Shown here piece after piece: positions 10,985-23,399 of a stretch of 41,039 nucleotides of DNA. Position 1 is the first letter of the stretch. The number at the start of each line of letters is the position of its first letter. The stretch lies in NCBI RefSeq assembly GCF_001194135.2, contig NC_068999.1:2048306-2089344 (forward strand). Direction: 5' to 3'. This stretch comes from Octopus bimaculoides (taxonomy: Eukaryota). Made by a program: the position numbers and the translations under genes. A model generated the notes under the pieces. It searched no databases and had not been told where the DNA came from. It saw only the letters and a program-made list of their open reading frames with translations.

Positions 10985-11115
10985 CCGATGCTACCCGATC
11001 AGGCAGGCCTCTGATCCAATTCTGAACATCCCATGTTTTGCCTTTAAGATGGTAGGTTGTAGTTTAAGGATAGCATAACTACTATTTCTAGCTCTTCAAG
11101 CGACCATGTAAAAGC
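10985..11115 (-). mobile_element. Old degenerate interspersed repeat fragment
   Basis: Reverse complement contains GCTAGAAATA, as does 39601-39612; recalled as an octopus repeat family. Confidence 0.35.
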
Positions 11116-12019
11116 TCACGTCTATTTCTGTTATGTGTGTGTGTAGATAAATCGACAAATGTGTGTATACATTCAGCCAGTCTCTGAGTTACGAACTAAT
11201 TCGTAAGACGAAGCAGTTACCCGTACTGTTCGTATCTCGCATCACTTTGTGAAGTGTTTGTCTTACGGCATTGCATGTATGTATATAGTCTTAAGTTTTA
11301 ATGTCTAGTGTTTATAATTGTGTATATATGTAAGCACAGTCTTTCGCTTCGTTTCAAACAATTGCTGTAAGTCGAATTTTTAATGTCATTCTTTAATAGA
11401 GGCCTGTTCGTAACCCGAGAACTATCTGTATTTATGCGTGTATTAAAAGAAATCTACCGTCTTCATCATATACATTCATCTGAGTGTGTGTGTATATGTA
11501 TACATATATACCAACATTGAATGGCTAGTGTGAAGCAATGGTAGACCACAGGAAAGTATTCCTGGATTTTTCAGTTGTCAAGAAATGTGTGCCGCTGTCT
11601 TGAAAAGGAGGGGCTGGCGGGTTGTGTGAAGCAATTGCTTGACCTAGTGTTGCTATGGTCCCTCCTTGTCTGTCTAGAGAGGAGGGGGAAGAGGAGAGTG
11701 TAGGAAGGACATGTGTGGTGGTGGTGGTGGACTTTTTCTTTTTTAGAAATAAAACAAATGGCTTGCTATATCTTTGACAGACACACACTGCTGGCTTTTA
11801 AATTAATGTGAAAGGACTTCTCTGTCGATTTAACACGACATACTTTCTTATATATAATTAACATGTGTGATATTATATATATTTATGGAGATAAACAGTT
11901 CATAGCTTGTTAAACTTGTGTTCTAGCATTACTCACTGGCTTTTTAAAATTTATTTCTTTTCGTTATACCTAAAGGGTACGGTTCTAGTTTGATAAAGCA
12001 TGGGTGGTGGTGGTGGGTG

Positions 12020-13400
12020 TATATATTACACACGCGCGCACATCGCCCGTGATGAAGCTTCGTTGTATGAAAATGTCTTTGTTCCGAAACAAAGAGATCT
12101 GAACCATTGCGATACGGTTTCGCTGTGTGTGTGTGAAACGTTTGTCTTTAAATTCAGATTCAATGAATTTTCTGTAATGTTTTTAGCTTAGTTATTAATT
12201 TACATATGTAGGACCACGTTTTTCTGTTTGTTAATCACATGGTCCTGTTTGTCATCAATTTCACTCAATCAGCCATGTGATGTTCTTTTCATTGACTAAT
12301 ATATATATGATAGCTATATATATATATATATATAATCTCAGTGTGAATACGTACACGCACGCGCACACGTGTTCGTTATCTGAAATAGTTTTGCCAGAAT
12401 TGCGCCAATCAACTCGGATAATTTAACAAAGAGATATAAATCTGGGTAGAGAGAGAAAGAGAGGTAGTGTGAGGAGCGTGGCAGTGAAAAATGTACTGTA
12501 GTAGGAGAGAACTTGATGGGGGGGTTGCTGTCTCTTGGCTTAGGCTTAGCTTTTCAAGTCTTTGTCCCTGATGGTGTGTGTGTGCGCGCGGGTTCGCCAC
12601 TGTAGTTGACTGTTTGTCGTCCCTCCTCCTCCTCCATTGTAGGACCAGTAGTGGTGGTGGTGGTGTTGGCGGCGGCGACGGCCGTGTTCATTGTCTACTT
12701 GGGTCGATGTTTGAACTAAAAGGAAGTAAGGCAAAGTTAGGTTAAAGTCACCTGCAAGGCCATCACCACTACTACTGCTACCTCCCCCATACTTTATCGC
12801 CCACCATCTACGTGTGGTGGTGCTGTTGGCGGTAGTGACCTCTTCTACTACAGCAAATCCCGCCAACTTGTCTCTTTCCTTCTTCCCCTCCTCTGCCATA
12901 TTCTTTTCTCTGGCGGATGGTGTGGTTTTTAAATTGTAGTTTAGCAGAGGAGTTCATTAAGTGAAGAATCTCTTGGTTCTTCTCATTGTGAGAATCTCCG
13001 CTGGATTTCTTTTTTTTTCCCTCCTCTCAATGTGTGTGTTCTCGCGTCGCCAGTGATCGACTGAAATACTTCCATTAAGAACTTTCCTTTTCTGTCGCTG
13101 TTTTTTGGTCGGTTCCTTAGTGATCCGGTAACACCCTGTGCCCGGTTTTGAACTCGGAACAAAAGGGATCGTCAAGTATGACGACCCAGCATTTTCATTG
13201 CCCTAGGTGGGGGAACGGGCGGAACAGCTACCGCAAGGCATTTTGTCCGACGCTCAGGTTTACTTTCCTACTGCATGGTTCTGAGTTCGATCTTACACTA
13301 AGGCAGTTTTTCTCCGACGACAAGCCACCAGGGATTATCGATAGTTTAAGGAATGGGGTCTCTGTAATTGATCGACCCTTGAAGTCGTGTTAAATATTCT
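12020..13400 (+). promoter_or_regulatory. CpG-rich island-like region; candidate alternative promoter/5' UTR
   Basis: Dense CpG, CACGCGCGCAC-type tracts, GGT/GGC and CT repeats, almost no TEs. Confidence 0.45.
12643..12725 (+). other. Candidate 83-nt exon
   Basis: TTGAC branch-like site, pyrimidine tract and TAG acceptor; donor GAA|GTAAGG at 12726. Confidence 0.25.
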
Positions 13401-14140
13401 CTAGCCTTTATAGAGAGTTTTACAATTCGACCAAATTGCACTGAAACTAGGCAATCAGGAATTTGCCCCTTTTACATTGAGTTTTCTTGTTCTTAGGTTT
13501 TTAGCCTCTCTCAACTTCTGCCGTTATTTTGACCAAAACAAATTTGAGAAGCAGAAGACCTCTCTCTCTCTCCCTCTCTCCCACTCTCCCACAAACAAAA
13601 TACTGTGGACGTATTGATTATTCTTTGAAAATGGTTTTGGTGGTAATGACCGCCATTTGAACTCCTTGTTAATGGATTTTGTGTCTTAGATGAGGTGTCG
13701 GGTTACACTTCACTGAATGGTTTAAAAAGTCGGCTTTGCAATCGTACTGTCTCCGGTTTCGATTGCAGTGCATGACAGTCCCCCCCCCCTACTTCAGGGT
13801 GATCCAAGGTCTTGCAACTGAATGTGGTTAGAAAGTCTGAATAAACTACCACTGTCACACTAATTTCCGACTCAGGGTTGTAAGTGTCTATGGAATTCTC
13901 AGCCACTTCGAGCAACTGCAATACTCATCTTCGAAACCGACGGAGATCCATTCACTTAGATTCGTATTCAGAAGCAATGGCTTCTACCCTTACCCCACAA
14001 AGGGCCAGTCATTGCTGTAAGGGTATGCTGAGCATGTGGCACAGTCAAATCTGATCTCAGTTTGGCACAAATGCCACACTTGGATTGATGCTGTCTGTGC
14101 TGAAGATAGTGTTAATACTGATTTTTAAAAAAATCATCTC

Positions 14141-14310
14141 TTCTATAGGCACGAGGCCTGAAATTTTGGGAGTCGATTACATGGACCTCAGTGCATAACT
14201 GGTACTTAATTCATCAACCCTCAAAAGAATGAAAGGCAAAGTTGATCTAGGTGGAATTTGAACTCAGAATGCCACTAAGTATTTTCTCCAGTGTGCTAAC
14301 AAGCTTGCCA
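14141..14310 (-). mobile_element. tRNA-derived SINE family B (central domain resembles MetaSINE type)
   Basis: Minus strand reads TGGCAAGCTTGTTAGCAC..CTGAGTTCAAATTCC..CTTTGCCTTTCATTCTTTTGAGGGTTGATGAATTAAGTACCAG; related to 19499 and 38761. Superfamily label is from memory. Confidence 0.75.
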
Positions 14311-14612
14311 CCCTTTAGCATTTGAACCGGCCATATCAGGCCTCTCACACGTATCCTACAATGTCATTCTAAAAATGATCAATCAATGAATTTGAAACGG
14401 TCGTTATCGTTCAGACTGCTCTGTCAAATGTGATGTTTATTTGTTCGTATTGTTTTCAGTTCATCCTGCTTTATCTCACAGCTTCAAGGTTTTCATGTGG
14501 TTATTTATAGAATGACATTATAGGGTAGGTGTGTGAGGCTGGATCTGACCAGCTTGAACTTCTAATGAGTAGGCTATTTGGACCTGATGTGATTGGTGTT
14601 AATGCTAACCCT
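14311..14612. mobile_element. Rearranged piggyBac-like MITE with long inverted arms
   Basis: Starts CCCTTTAGCATTT and ends near AATGCTAA; internal sequence matches 20722-20922. Confidence 0.65.
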
Positions 14613-15204
14613 GCCTGTCCACCTATGCAAGAGTGAAATAGTAAACATTACAGCACTGTTAATGGTGTTGAACACAGAAAATAGAATTGGAGTGGCGAGT
14701 AGTGTTGATAGAAACATAATGCATCCAGCCTATATATGAAGAGCATGAAGTATAATTGACCGATTGTGGCGGGAGCACACCCAGGTTGATAAAAATGAGG
14801 ACAGACTGACTCACTGCTTGTGGTAGGTTTTGTTTTCCTGTTATGGATCGATAATGTCATTGTGTTGGTGGCGGAGGAGGAGGAGGCGGCAGCATGTAGC
14901 TTCCCTGCGGTGGCTGTTGCTAACAAAAGACCTGTAATTGTCATGTTAAAACAAATGGACTGATTGATTGTGTATGTTGTGGTTGGTGGTGAGAGCTGGT
15001 TTTATTGTTCTGGCTCAGAACCTGCTTCCTATGGAAAGAGTAGGGCTAGTGATCAGTGGAGGACAGGTCGTTATGTCTTCTTCAAGCTGCTTAATTAGTT
15101 ATTACTGAACAGCCTGTCCGAGTATGGAAGCATAAACACTGACAGGTTGCAGAGGAACTGGTTGAACTTTTGATATAGCAGTTGAAAGGGTCTCACGTAT
15201 ACAG

Positions 15205-15340
15205 CATGCTTTCAGTTTCCGTCAACCAAGTTCACTCGCAGGGTTCAGTGAGCCTGAGGTTAATAGTAGGTACCATGTGTTGGGACTGAATCCAGAACCA
15301 TGTGGTTGGGAAGCAGACTTTTTAACAGCACAGCCACAGT
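15205..15340 (-). mobile_element. SINE family A, 5' half
   Basis: CTTTCAGTTTCCGTC..GGGACTGAATCCAGAACCATGTGGTTGGGAAGCA..CACAGCCA. Confidence 0.8.
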
Positions 15341-15919
15341 TGTTAGTAGTAGCAGTGCTCACTCTCACCAGAAATAATTGGCCTCTCACTTTGTCTATTC
15401 CTCTGACCACTTGATTTAGCTATAATTTTGCTTGTTTCTTACAATGACGGTTGACCTGGCTATTGTGTCATGTTGGACTATAAACATGGCCATGAGATCA
15501 AACTGTTATTATTTGGGTATTTCATTTAATTCCAAAACGACCTCCATATGTGTGCCTAACAAAAGGTAGAAGTTGTAAAAAGAATATTAGCAACGGTTTT
15601 TTTGTCATTTCTTTTGTGGATTCTGCTAACTCTGTCTTAAGTTTGAATTGTATATCAAGCTCTTGAAAGTAAGACTACTTCAGTTGTGTGTAGATACACA
15701 CACGTTCATATGGCTTTGTTGCCTGGCACCTTGGGCAGGTGTCTCCTGCTAAGGCCTCAGTCCTTGTGAGTAAAATTTGGTGGTTAGAATCTGAAGGGGA
15801 TCCAGTATATAGAGGTCTCACTGCAAGCTGTGTTGTTAACACTCATGTCGATAAGTAGTCTGTTCACTTTGCACCTTTTGAAGTTGTGAGAGATAAAGAG
15901 TTCCCTTACTTGCAAAACA

Positions 15920-16010
15920 GGTAATTGGTTAGCAACAAGAAGGGTATCTGGCTGTAAAATAATTCCTCGATAATTAATCTAACCCATGCCATTATGGGAA
16001 AGCAGACAAT
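15920..16010 (+). mobile_element. Degenerate RTE-associated tail
   Basis: GGTTAGCAACAAGAAGGGTATCTGGCTGTA..AACCCATGCCATTATGGGAAAGCAGAC. Confidence 0.6.
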
Positions 16011-16109
16011 ACAAGGAAGTAGTTTTATTCCTTCACAGCTGAAGATTATGGTATTTTGTATTGACAGAAGCTTTCGCTTCCTGTTTATCTAAAACTTTGC
16101 AGCATCTCT

Positions 16110-16290
16110 ATCATCGTTGTCATTTAACATCCATCTTGCATGCTGGCATGAGTTGGATAGCAGCTCAATAGCTAGAGGACTGTACCAAGCTCTTTGTCTG
16201 CTTTGGTCTAGTTTCTGTGGCTGGATGTCCTTCCTAAAGTCAACCACTGGGTACTTTGTGTTCGAATGGCCATTGTGCAACACTGGGCAG
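16110..16290 (-). mobile_element. RTE-associated tail
   Basis: TCATTTAACATCC..CATGCTGGCATGAGTTGGA..GGCTGGATGTCCTTCCT. Confidence 0.75.
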
Positions 16291-16411
16291 GTATCTTATT
16301 GTTTTAGGCTGACCAATGCCTTTGGAGTAGAATTTTTAAGAGGAAACCTTGCTATGTGTTTTTTGTGTTGCCCTATTATTTTGATATATGTTGACCAAGT
16401 GACTGTTGTTC

Positions 16412-16604
16412 AACCCTTTTAGCATTTAAACTGATCATATCCAACCAAAACATTTTTATTTTCAAAAAAGCCAGATTTGGCCTTTCTCACCTACCCCACA
16501 GTGTTAAGAAAATAAACGATCACCTGAGTGAAGTCTTGCAATGACGACAACGTGAATAAATAAACATTACATTTGACAGATTGATCTGAATACCAAAATT
16601 TTAA
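16412..16604. mobile_element. piggyBac-like MITE, degenerate, opposite orientation to 20722
   Basis: AACCCTTTTAGCATTTAAAC terminus; ACATTACATTTGACAGA..CTGAATA is the reverse of the family's other end. Confidence 0.6.
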
Positions 16605-16810
16605 AACTATTCACTGGTCTTCTTGGTCAGATCTGACTTGGGATTAGACTGGTGTTTGCTTTTTTTTTTTCTCTCCGTTTTTGTTTTTTTTTTATCAATT
16701 GTATCATACTGCACTAGACATCCAATCAGTGAACAGCGTTTCTCTTAGAATGCAGCTAAAAGTTTTGATATTGAATTATCTGAGGATACATGTAGGTGCA
16801 TGAAAACACA

Positions 16811-16872
16811 TGACCTAATGGTTAGGTTGTTGCACTCGTGATCCCTAGATTGTAGGTTCAATTCCCAGGCCA
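16811..16872 (+). mobile_element. tRNA-like SINE head fragment
   Basis: A-box-like TGACCTAATGGTTAGG and B-box-like GGTTCAATTCCC; no acceptor stem. Confidence 0.5.
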
Positions 16873-17016
16873 TGTGGTGCTTCAGCTGAAAGTGGGTAAC
16901 TGCAACAAACTGGCTTTTTAATCAGCGTTGAGGAATGTTGGCCTGCTGACCTATCAAATGGACTGCCATCATTCAGAAGCTGAAACAATGCAAAGCACAT
17001 TGTGACCACATATAGG

Positions 17017-17905
17017 AGCAGGTGTGGTTGAGAAACTTGCTTCATGGCAGATGTTGGGGTTCGTGCTGTTGCCTTCTGCTTACTATATAGCCCCAAGGCC
17101 AGCCGACCCAAGCATTGTGAGTGAATTTGGTAGAAAGAAACTGAAAGAAGCACTTTGTGATTGTCATTGTCTTACAACTGATGTTGTTTCCCTGGTGTGG
17201 TGTCAGGGAGCAAGGCTTCCTGCTGTAGAAGGCATGGCTGTGTGGTAAGACACTTGCTTCGCAACCACATGGTTCCAAGTTCCGTCCTACTGCATGACAC
17301 CTCAGGCTCTAGTAGAAGCCTAGAGTAGATTTGGAATGTGGAAACTGAATGAAACCAGACACATGTCCCCCACCATCACTTGACAACTGACAAAGGAATT
17401 TGGTAGATTAAGTGCCAGTCTCCAAAAATTTCTTTTAAAAGTTTGGGGTGGGGGCAATTCATTCAACTAAGGAAATTCAAGGCAGTGCTCCAGTATGGCT
17501 GTAGTCCAATGAGTGAAACAAGTAGAAGAAAAATTAAAATACAGGTATGTTTAAGTTCTCTTTCTCTAAACATCTGTAAGCATGACCAAGTGGTTCTGGG
17601 TTCAATCACACTGCACAGCACCTTGGGCAAGTTTTTTTTTCCCCCTCCTATTTAGCTTAAGCTTGTGGAGGAATTTAATGGTTGGAAACTGCACAAGCAT
17701 GTAATTTGTATATATATATATACACACACACACACACGTGTGTGTGTTTGCATTTCTTTGTTCGTTTGTTTACATCACCATGACTTTGGTTTGACAAAAA
17801 AAAATCAATAAGAGTTAGTACCAGACTTAAGTTGTGGGGTTGATTAGGTCAGCTAGATCCTTCGGGGCAATGTGCCAGCGTGGCTACGGTCCAGTGATTG
17901 AAACG
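17017..17905 (+). mobile_element. Three tandem SINE family A copies
   Basis: Heads near 17017, 17229 and 17580; tails GAAACAAGTAGAAG at about 17515 and GATTGAAAC at about 17900. Confidence 0.75.
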
Positions 17906-19498
17906 TGTGTGTGTGTGTATATATATCATTTCTTTTGTACAGTCTTCTTTCTTTACTATTGCCTGCAGTAACAAACCAGCAAGAGATGTTTATGTATGTG
18001 TGTGTGTATAATAGCAATTGTTTTTGTTTTGAATGGTTTATAGATGGACAGTTCAACAGGATGAATCACATTTCTATAGGAAGTTTGAAGACGTAATAAA
18101 GAGATAAGGAGTTGAGGGTTGTATCGGGGGCTTGTAGTGAAAGAAAGGGTTAGCAGTGTAGTCTTGTTAACCCCCAGGTTTTGTGTCTGAGTTTCCTCTA
18201 TTGCTCTTAGTTCCATTATAAATAGGATTTGTTAGTGAACAGGAGCTGAACTGCTATCAGTTCATGTCCACACTTGCATATGTAGCCAGATAACAATTTA
18301 TAAACTAAGTCAAGTTTAGTCAATCATACACCTTCACACCTACACAAACAACCTGTGGTGGTTGAACAATTATCTTACATTAACTAACATAGGTGTGTTA
18401 CACTTAAGATTATATAATTATTGTGTGTGTGTGTATACACGCGCACACAATATTCATTATTCTCAACCCAGGTACATAGATTGCATGAAGTAGTTTTTCC
18501 ACTCCTGCAATACTGTGTGTATAGACATGAGGACAAAGTAGTGTGGGGGAAGGACTGCTGGTATTGTTGCTAGGCGTCGCCATGTATTGTTTTTCCTTGC
18601 AATATGTCACTCGTGCATTAATGTGTACAGGATATATTGTGTGTGTGTGTGTGTTTCGGCCACGCTGGCTGTGTTGTATTGACCCTAAACTAGTTGACTG
18701 CAATATATTTTCTTCAAAACATTTTGTCTCTGTACGTGCTACTTTTTAATTAATCTGCATTAAAGAAACTTAGGTGTTGCGTCTCTCCTCCCTCCACCAT
18801 GCACACATTTTTCTCTGTATTTAATCAGTCACTTTTTGCTAGCACAGACACTTAATCCCTGTTGTTTGGCTAGAAACTTCCTCCGTGAATCATTTCATTC
18901 TGCTAGTCCTGATGTGTGTGTGTGCTTCTTGTCTTCTGTCAAAATGGTTATGTGCACAAAGTAATATTGGAATCCTTCCAACTCTCTGTTCTATGTGTAT
19001 TTGACTATGTTTCCACTTTGTTCCGTATTCTTTACTCTGCCTCAGTCTACATGTCTGTCAATCAGAGCGGACTGACCTGAGTTTTGCACAACCCTAACCC
19101 TAACCAAGTGCTTTTGCTGTGTCTCACAGGTCTCTTATTGTTGTGTGTCCTGTTACCAGAAACAAGAGCTGTCAGAGAGGTTGCTCTAAGGTCTGTGGTT
19201 CTCATGCAGATTACAAGTCAACAGCACATTGCGTATTTTTCAGTTGAAAAGTCTAAAGGGGAAAATATCAGTTACCAAGATGATTTGAGTATTCGTAGAA
19301 ACTTTCTGTAAAGGTGTCCTGCAGTACATTGAGAAAGATTTTTAATGTTTGAAAAGCATTGTTATAGTTTCCTGCTGACAGTAGAGCCAGCCATATGAAT
19401 GGAAATGCTATTGACACTTAAGTGTTTGGATGTCTGCTGCAGACTTCTGCATTCTTGGTTTCAAATCCTGTTGTGGTTCACTTTGCTGGTGTTGATAA

Positions 19499-19700
19499 AG
19501 GTGGCAAACTGGCCGAATGGTTGGCCTGTGAAAAATGCTTGGCACCATTCCATCCGTCTTTGCCTTCTGAGTCCAAATTCCACCAACTTTGCATTCCATC
19601 TTTCCAGGGTCAATAAAATAAGTACCGGTTGAATACTGGGGATTAATATAATTGACCCCTCCCCAAAACTGCTGGCTTTGTGCCTTGGTTAGAAATAATT
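19499..19700 (+). mobile_element. SINE family B
   Basis: GGTGGCAAACTGGCCGAATGGTT..CTGAGTCCAAATTCCACC..CAGGGTCAATAAAATAAGTACCGG..GACCCCTCCCCAAAA. Confidence 0.8.
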
Positions 19701-20537
19701 GGAGTGGCGAGTTATCAGAATCAGTGGAGCACCGGGCAAACTGCTTTGCAATATTTATTCAGGCTTTTCCCAGATTTGAGATGAATTTACTTTCCATCCC
19801 TCTGCAAATATCAGTCATGTACCAGGGTTTGACTGATATCCCTCCCCTCAGTTTTGCTGGCCTCAAACCTAAATTAGAAACCATTGTTGTTCTCCAGCTT
19901 TGCATATATTTTTAGTGTTTCTCTAATGCCGAGGATTTATTTTAAAAGCAAAGCAAGAATTGGGTCAAATTAGTTTTGTTTATCGTTCAGATAGTTTGAT
20001 ATATTATTTAATGGTGGGGGTGGGGGTGGTGCTGTTGAGTTGTTGCCAGATGGAGCTGTCTTAACATAGCTTAGCTTGGAATTTAATGCCAGTCAAAGAC
20101 TGCAGACCAATGTTATTGGAGACATTAAACAGCAATTAATTGTCTGTCAGATATTTAACAGAATTCAGCTTTGAATGGTTAACCATCTTTTATACAGCAC
20201 CAGTGCTGCTTAAAAGTTAAAGATGATGGATGCGTGGATTTTTTCTTTTACTGTTTAGTCCCAGTCAGTTGCATCCTTCCTCTTCATAAAGTAGTGAGGA
20301 GTTTGTTGCCATTTCTGGTGAACAGCTTTTATTTTCTAATGTTTTTGTTTTTTGTCGTTGGACTGTGGCTGTGCTGGGACGCTGTCTTGGTGGGCTGTGG
20401 TCAAATGGTCAACCAAATCAACTACAGTACTTATAAAAGTTTAGAAGTTTAATACTTCTCCCTTTTACCAAACAAAGCAACACCAGTTGTGATGGTGTGA
20501 GTGGAAGGAATCAAGGCCATGGCACACAGCACTTTCA

Positions 20538-20680
20538 GTTTCTGTCTACCAAATTCACTCAAGGCTTCAGTTAATCCAGGGTTAGTTGTAAGCACCTGTG
20601 GGAAAGTGCCACATGGTGGGACTGAACCGAAAGCCGTGTGGTTGGGAAGCAAACTTGTTAGCTCTCAGCCATAGCTACAC
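20538..20680 (-). mobile_element. SINE family A, 5' half
   Basis: CTTTCAGTTTCTGTCTACCAAATTCACTC..GGGACTGAACC..GTGGTTGGGAAGCAAACTT. Confidence 0.8.
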
Positions 20681-20721
20681 CATGTAGAAGTTTGCTCATT
20701 TTTTGAGGGTTAGCTTTATTC

Positions 20722-20922
20722 TTAACCCTTCAGCATTTAGATGATTCAGTCAAATGTAACACTTTTTTGTTCACATTGTTTCCAATTAATCTCTTAGCTT
20801 TGAGATTTTGATGGGGTTGTTTTCAGAATGACATTGTAAGGTAGGGGTGAGAGGATAGCTCCGACTGCTTTGAGCATAAACCAGGTGGAATATCTGGGCC
20901 AGTTTAAATGCTAAAGAGTTAA
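20722..20922. mobile_element. Complete piggyBac-like MITE with TTAA at both ends
   Basis: TTAA CCCTTCAGCATTTA ... TAAATGCTAAAGAG TTAA: 14-bp terminal inverted repeat with 2 mismatches inside a TTAA duplication. Confidence 0.8.
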
Positions 20923-22002
20923 ACATTGTCCTTCCTTCAGAATCTGAAGAACTTGGTGCCGTTACCAATTTATTTCCTCCATAACACTGACGTTTTGTGC
21001 TTATCCGAAAAATCTTTTGGTTATCCATAAATTAATACTTTATTTCATTTAACTATTTTTAACTTTCTCATTAGTATCTGTGCAAATATTTTCTAAGGGT
21101 CGTTAGATTAACCCCTGGTCTTAATTAGCTTAGAAATAATAGAACACCAGTTAGTTAACCACATCTTAGGCACTAGATTTCCATAATTATCAGTTGTAAC
21201 AGCTACCAAGGCCCAATCATGCATATGTGTGTGTGTATATATATACTAGCCATGATATTGAATAAACCATGACTTGCTAGATTTTCTTGTTTCTTTTTCT
21301 GCTCCAGTAAAAACAGCTGTCACATTGTTATTGGATGTCAACATCATGAAAAAAGATTGATGATATCCAATATTTCTATCAACATATTGTCTAAAGGTTA
21401 TAAAAGTCTCCTCTTCACACTCCTCAATTGCTCACGGCAGCAGTGGTGGTCTAAATGAGGTTTGATATATCCATGAGACAGATTCCATGGTTTGCAGTGC
21501 TTTGTTTTAAAATGGTCCTTTGCAGCTATCAGTATTTTGTCGTTGCTTTGGGGAGGGAATGGTATGCCTGAAATCCTTTTTAACTATTATGGTATGTAGA
21601 GTCCCCAGGTGTGCTGTAGATTTTTTAGGTAACTTAGAAAATGCCAGGATATTGATGAAATTTCAGTGTTTTTAATGCATTGACCGATGCATATATATTC
21701 TTTTCGGATCAGGTGCAATGCACACACTCTGTAGGTAGAGCTGTTGTGTAAATAGAAATTGGTGCCTGAGTGTGTTTTAATGTTTACTGTTCCATGCTCA
21801 GATGGAATCCATTGAGGTATGTTTTCTTGAGGATTGCCCTCATGTTGCCAAGTAATGTAGTATTCCCTCCTGGTTGGGCATTGTCTTTGCAGAAGATACA
21901 AAAACACCGCTGCTTGTATGACAGTGATTCTCCTTTACAACAACCATTGTGTGTTATGGTCAGGAGACACAAACATAGACAAGCACACATATTTGATAAG
22001 CT

Positions 22003-22147
22003 TCTTCAAATTTCTATCTGCCAAATGCACTCAGGGTTGTGGTCAGTCAAGGACTATGGCAGAAAACACCAGGCCAAGGTTCTACTCAATGGGACTGATC
22101 CTGAGACCATGTGGTTGAGAAACCAGCTCCTCCGCACATCCATGCCT
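22003..22147 (-). mobile_element. SINE family A, 5' half
   Basis: GGGACTGATCCTGAGACCATGTGGTTGAGAAAC..CATCCATGCCT. Confidence 0.75.
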
Positions 22148-22789
22148 AGACCTGTCGAAATTAGGTTTCGTTAGACAAGCATAGCTTTACGTGTGTGTGT
22201 GTGTGTGTGGAAACATTTAAAATAAGTGGTGTGGGGCATAACACAATGCTTTATTTAATGGGTCATGAATTGAGGAAGTTAGAAAGTCACTGGTTTAGAT
22301 ATTTAAATCTTTATGTGCAAATGGAAGTGGGTTTCTCGTCCGTTCACCCCCTCCGTTTCCAGCCACTTAATTCTAAAACTGAAACCTTGAATCAAACTAT
22401 AGTAACAAGCCTTAGGCTTTATTTCGCTTGAAGAAAAGGAGAGATAAAAGTGTGCCACAGTGGGTAATGCTTAGACCTCAGTCCAGTGAGTCTGTTTTTT
22501 TTTATTTATTTATTGACTTCCCATAGTTTGTTGACCTCTGTTGCGTTTGGCCTAATTCTACTTAGTTTCATGTAATTACTCCATTTACCACCCTAGTCAT
22601 TATCGATGGACCCTCCTCTTTGTATATATCCTAATTACATGTTTGTGATGACGTTAGATTGCATTTTGTCAGTTAAAGACAAGAAGCGTCTTTAAATGAG
22701 CGTGTGTTGACTTTTTTTTAAATATTTCTGTGAATGGTTTGGTGGTAGTGATGGGTTTTTGAGGAATTTGAAGATTTATATTGTTTTGA

Positions 22790-22910
22790 ATTAACCATGC
22801 AATTACCAATTTAGAGATTTCTATGATGTGATTGTTTAGTTATAGCATGACATTGTAGGGTTGAGGTGAGAGGCTGGATCTGGCCATTTAGAATGCTTAA
22901 AGGGCTAAAG
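22790..22910. mobile_element. piggyBac-like MITE fragment
   Basis: ATGACATTGTAGGGTTGAGGTGAGAGGCTGGATCTGGCC..AATGCTTAAAGGG. Confidence 0.65.
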
Positions 22911-23044
22911 TTGTATAAAGTAACAAAAAGTATGATAGACCAGTTCATGTCTGTATGGAAAACGTGCTTTTGATCCTATTCCTCTTGAAATACACTGGCT
23001 TTGCTTCAGTTAAAATTTCGAGAGAATGAAGAATTTAATAATCT

Positions 23045-23250
23045 CATTGTTTAACGTCCGCTTTCCATGCTGGCATGGGTTGGGCAGTTTAACTGAGGAC
23101 TGGCAAGCCAGGAGGCTGCACCAGGATCCAAAGTGATCTGGAAAGGTTTCTACAGTTGGATGCCCTTCCTCATGCCAACCACTCCAAGAGTATAGTGGGT
23201 ACTTTTTACATGTCACTAGCATCTGCCACACTCAAATGGTGCTTTTTACA
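23045..23250 (-). mobile_element. Well-preserved RTE-associated tail
   Basis: TTTAACGTCCGCTTTCCATGCTGGCATGGGTTGG..GGATGCCCTTCCTCATGCCAACCACTCC. Confidence 0.85.
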
Positions 23251-23399
23251 TATCATTTAGAACACATTATTAGCATGGAATATTGATGGAAGGTTTATTT
23301 TTTGGATTTCTTTCAAAGCTGGAAGTTTGCTTACTAGATCCAGGATTGATTGGTTTCAGGTGGGTTAGTATCAGAAGGGATAAATGATGTTGTGGTTAG

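Noticed and set aside
11189-11206. Palindrome TTACGAA-CTAA-TTCGTAA
   Set aside because: The 7-bp arms are too short to be significant without conservation data.
12546-12899. 117-aa minus-strand ORF MAEEGKKERDK with His/Gly/Arg runs
   Set aside because: It is the antisense of GGT/CCT/CT simple repeats in an island-like region, has no homology I recognise, and runs against the inferred transcription direction.
13703-13921. Minus-strand ORF and unique-looking sequence as a possible TE coding remnant
   Set aside because: No RT, transposase or integrase motif in the frames I checked.
19090-19105. AACCCTAACCCTAACC telomere-like repeat
   Set aside because: Under three units; too short to call an interstitial telomeric sequence.
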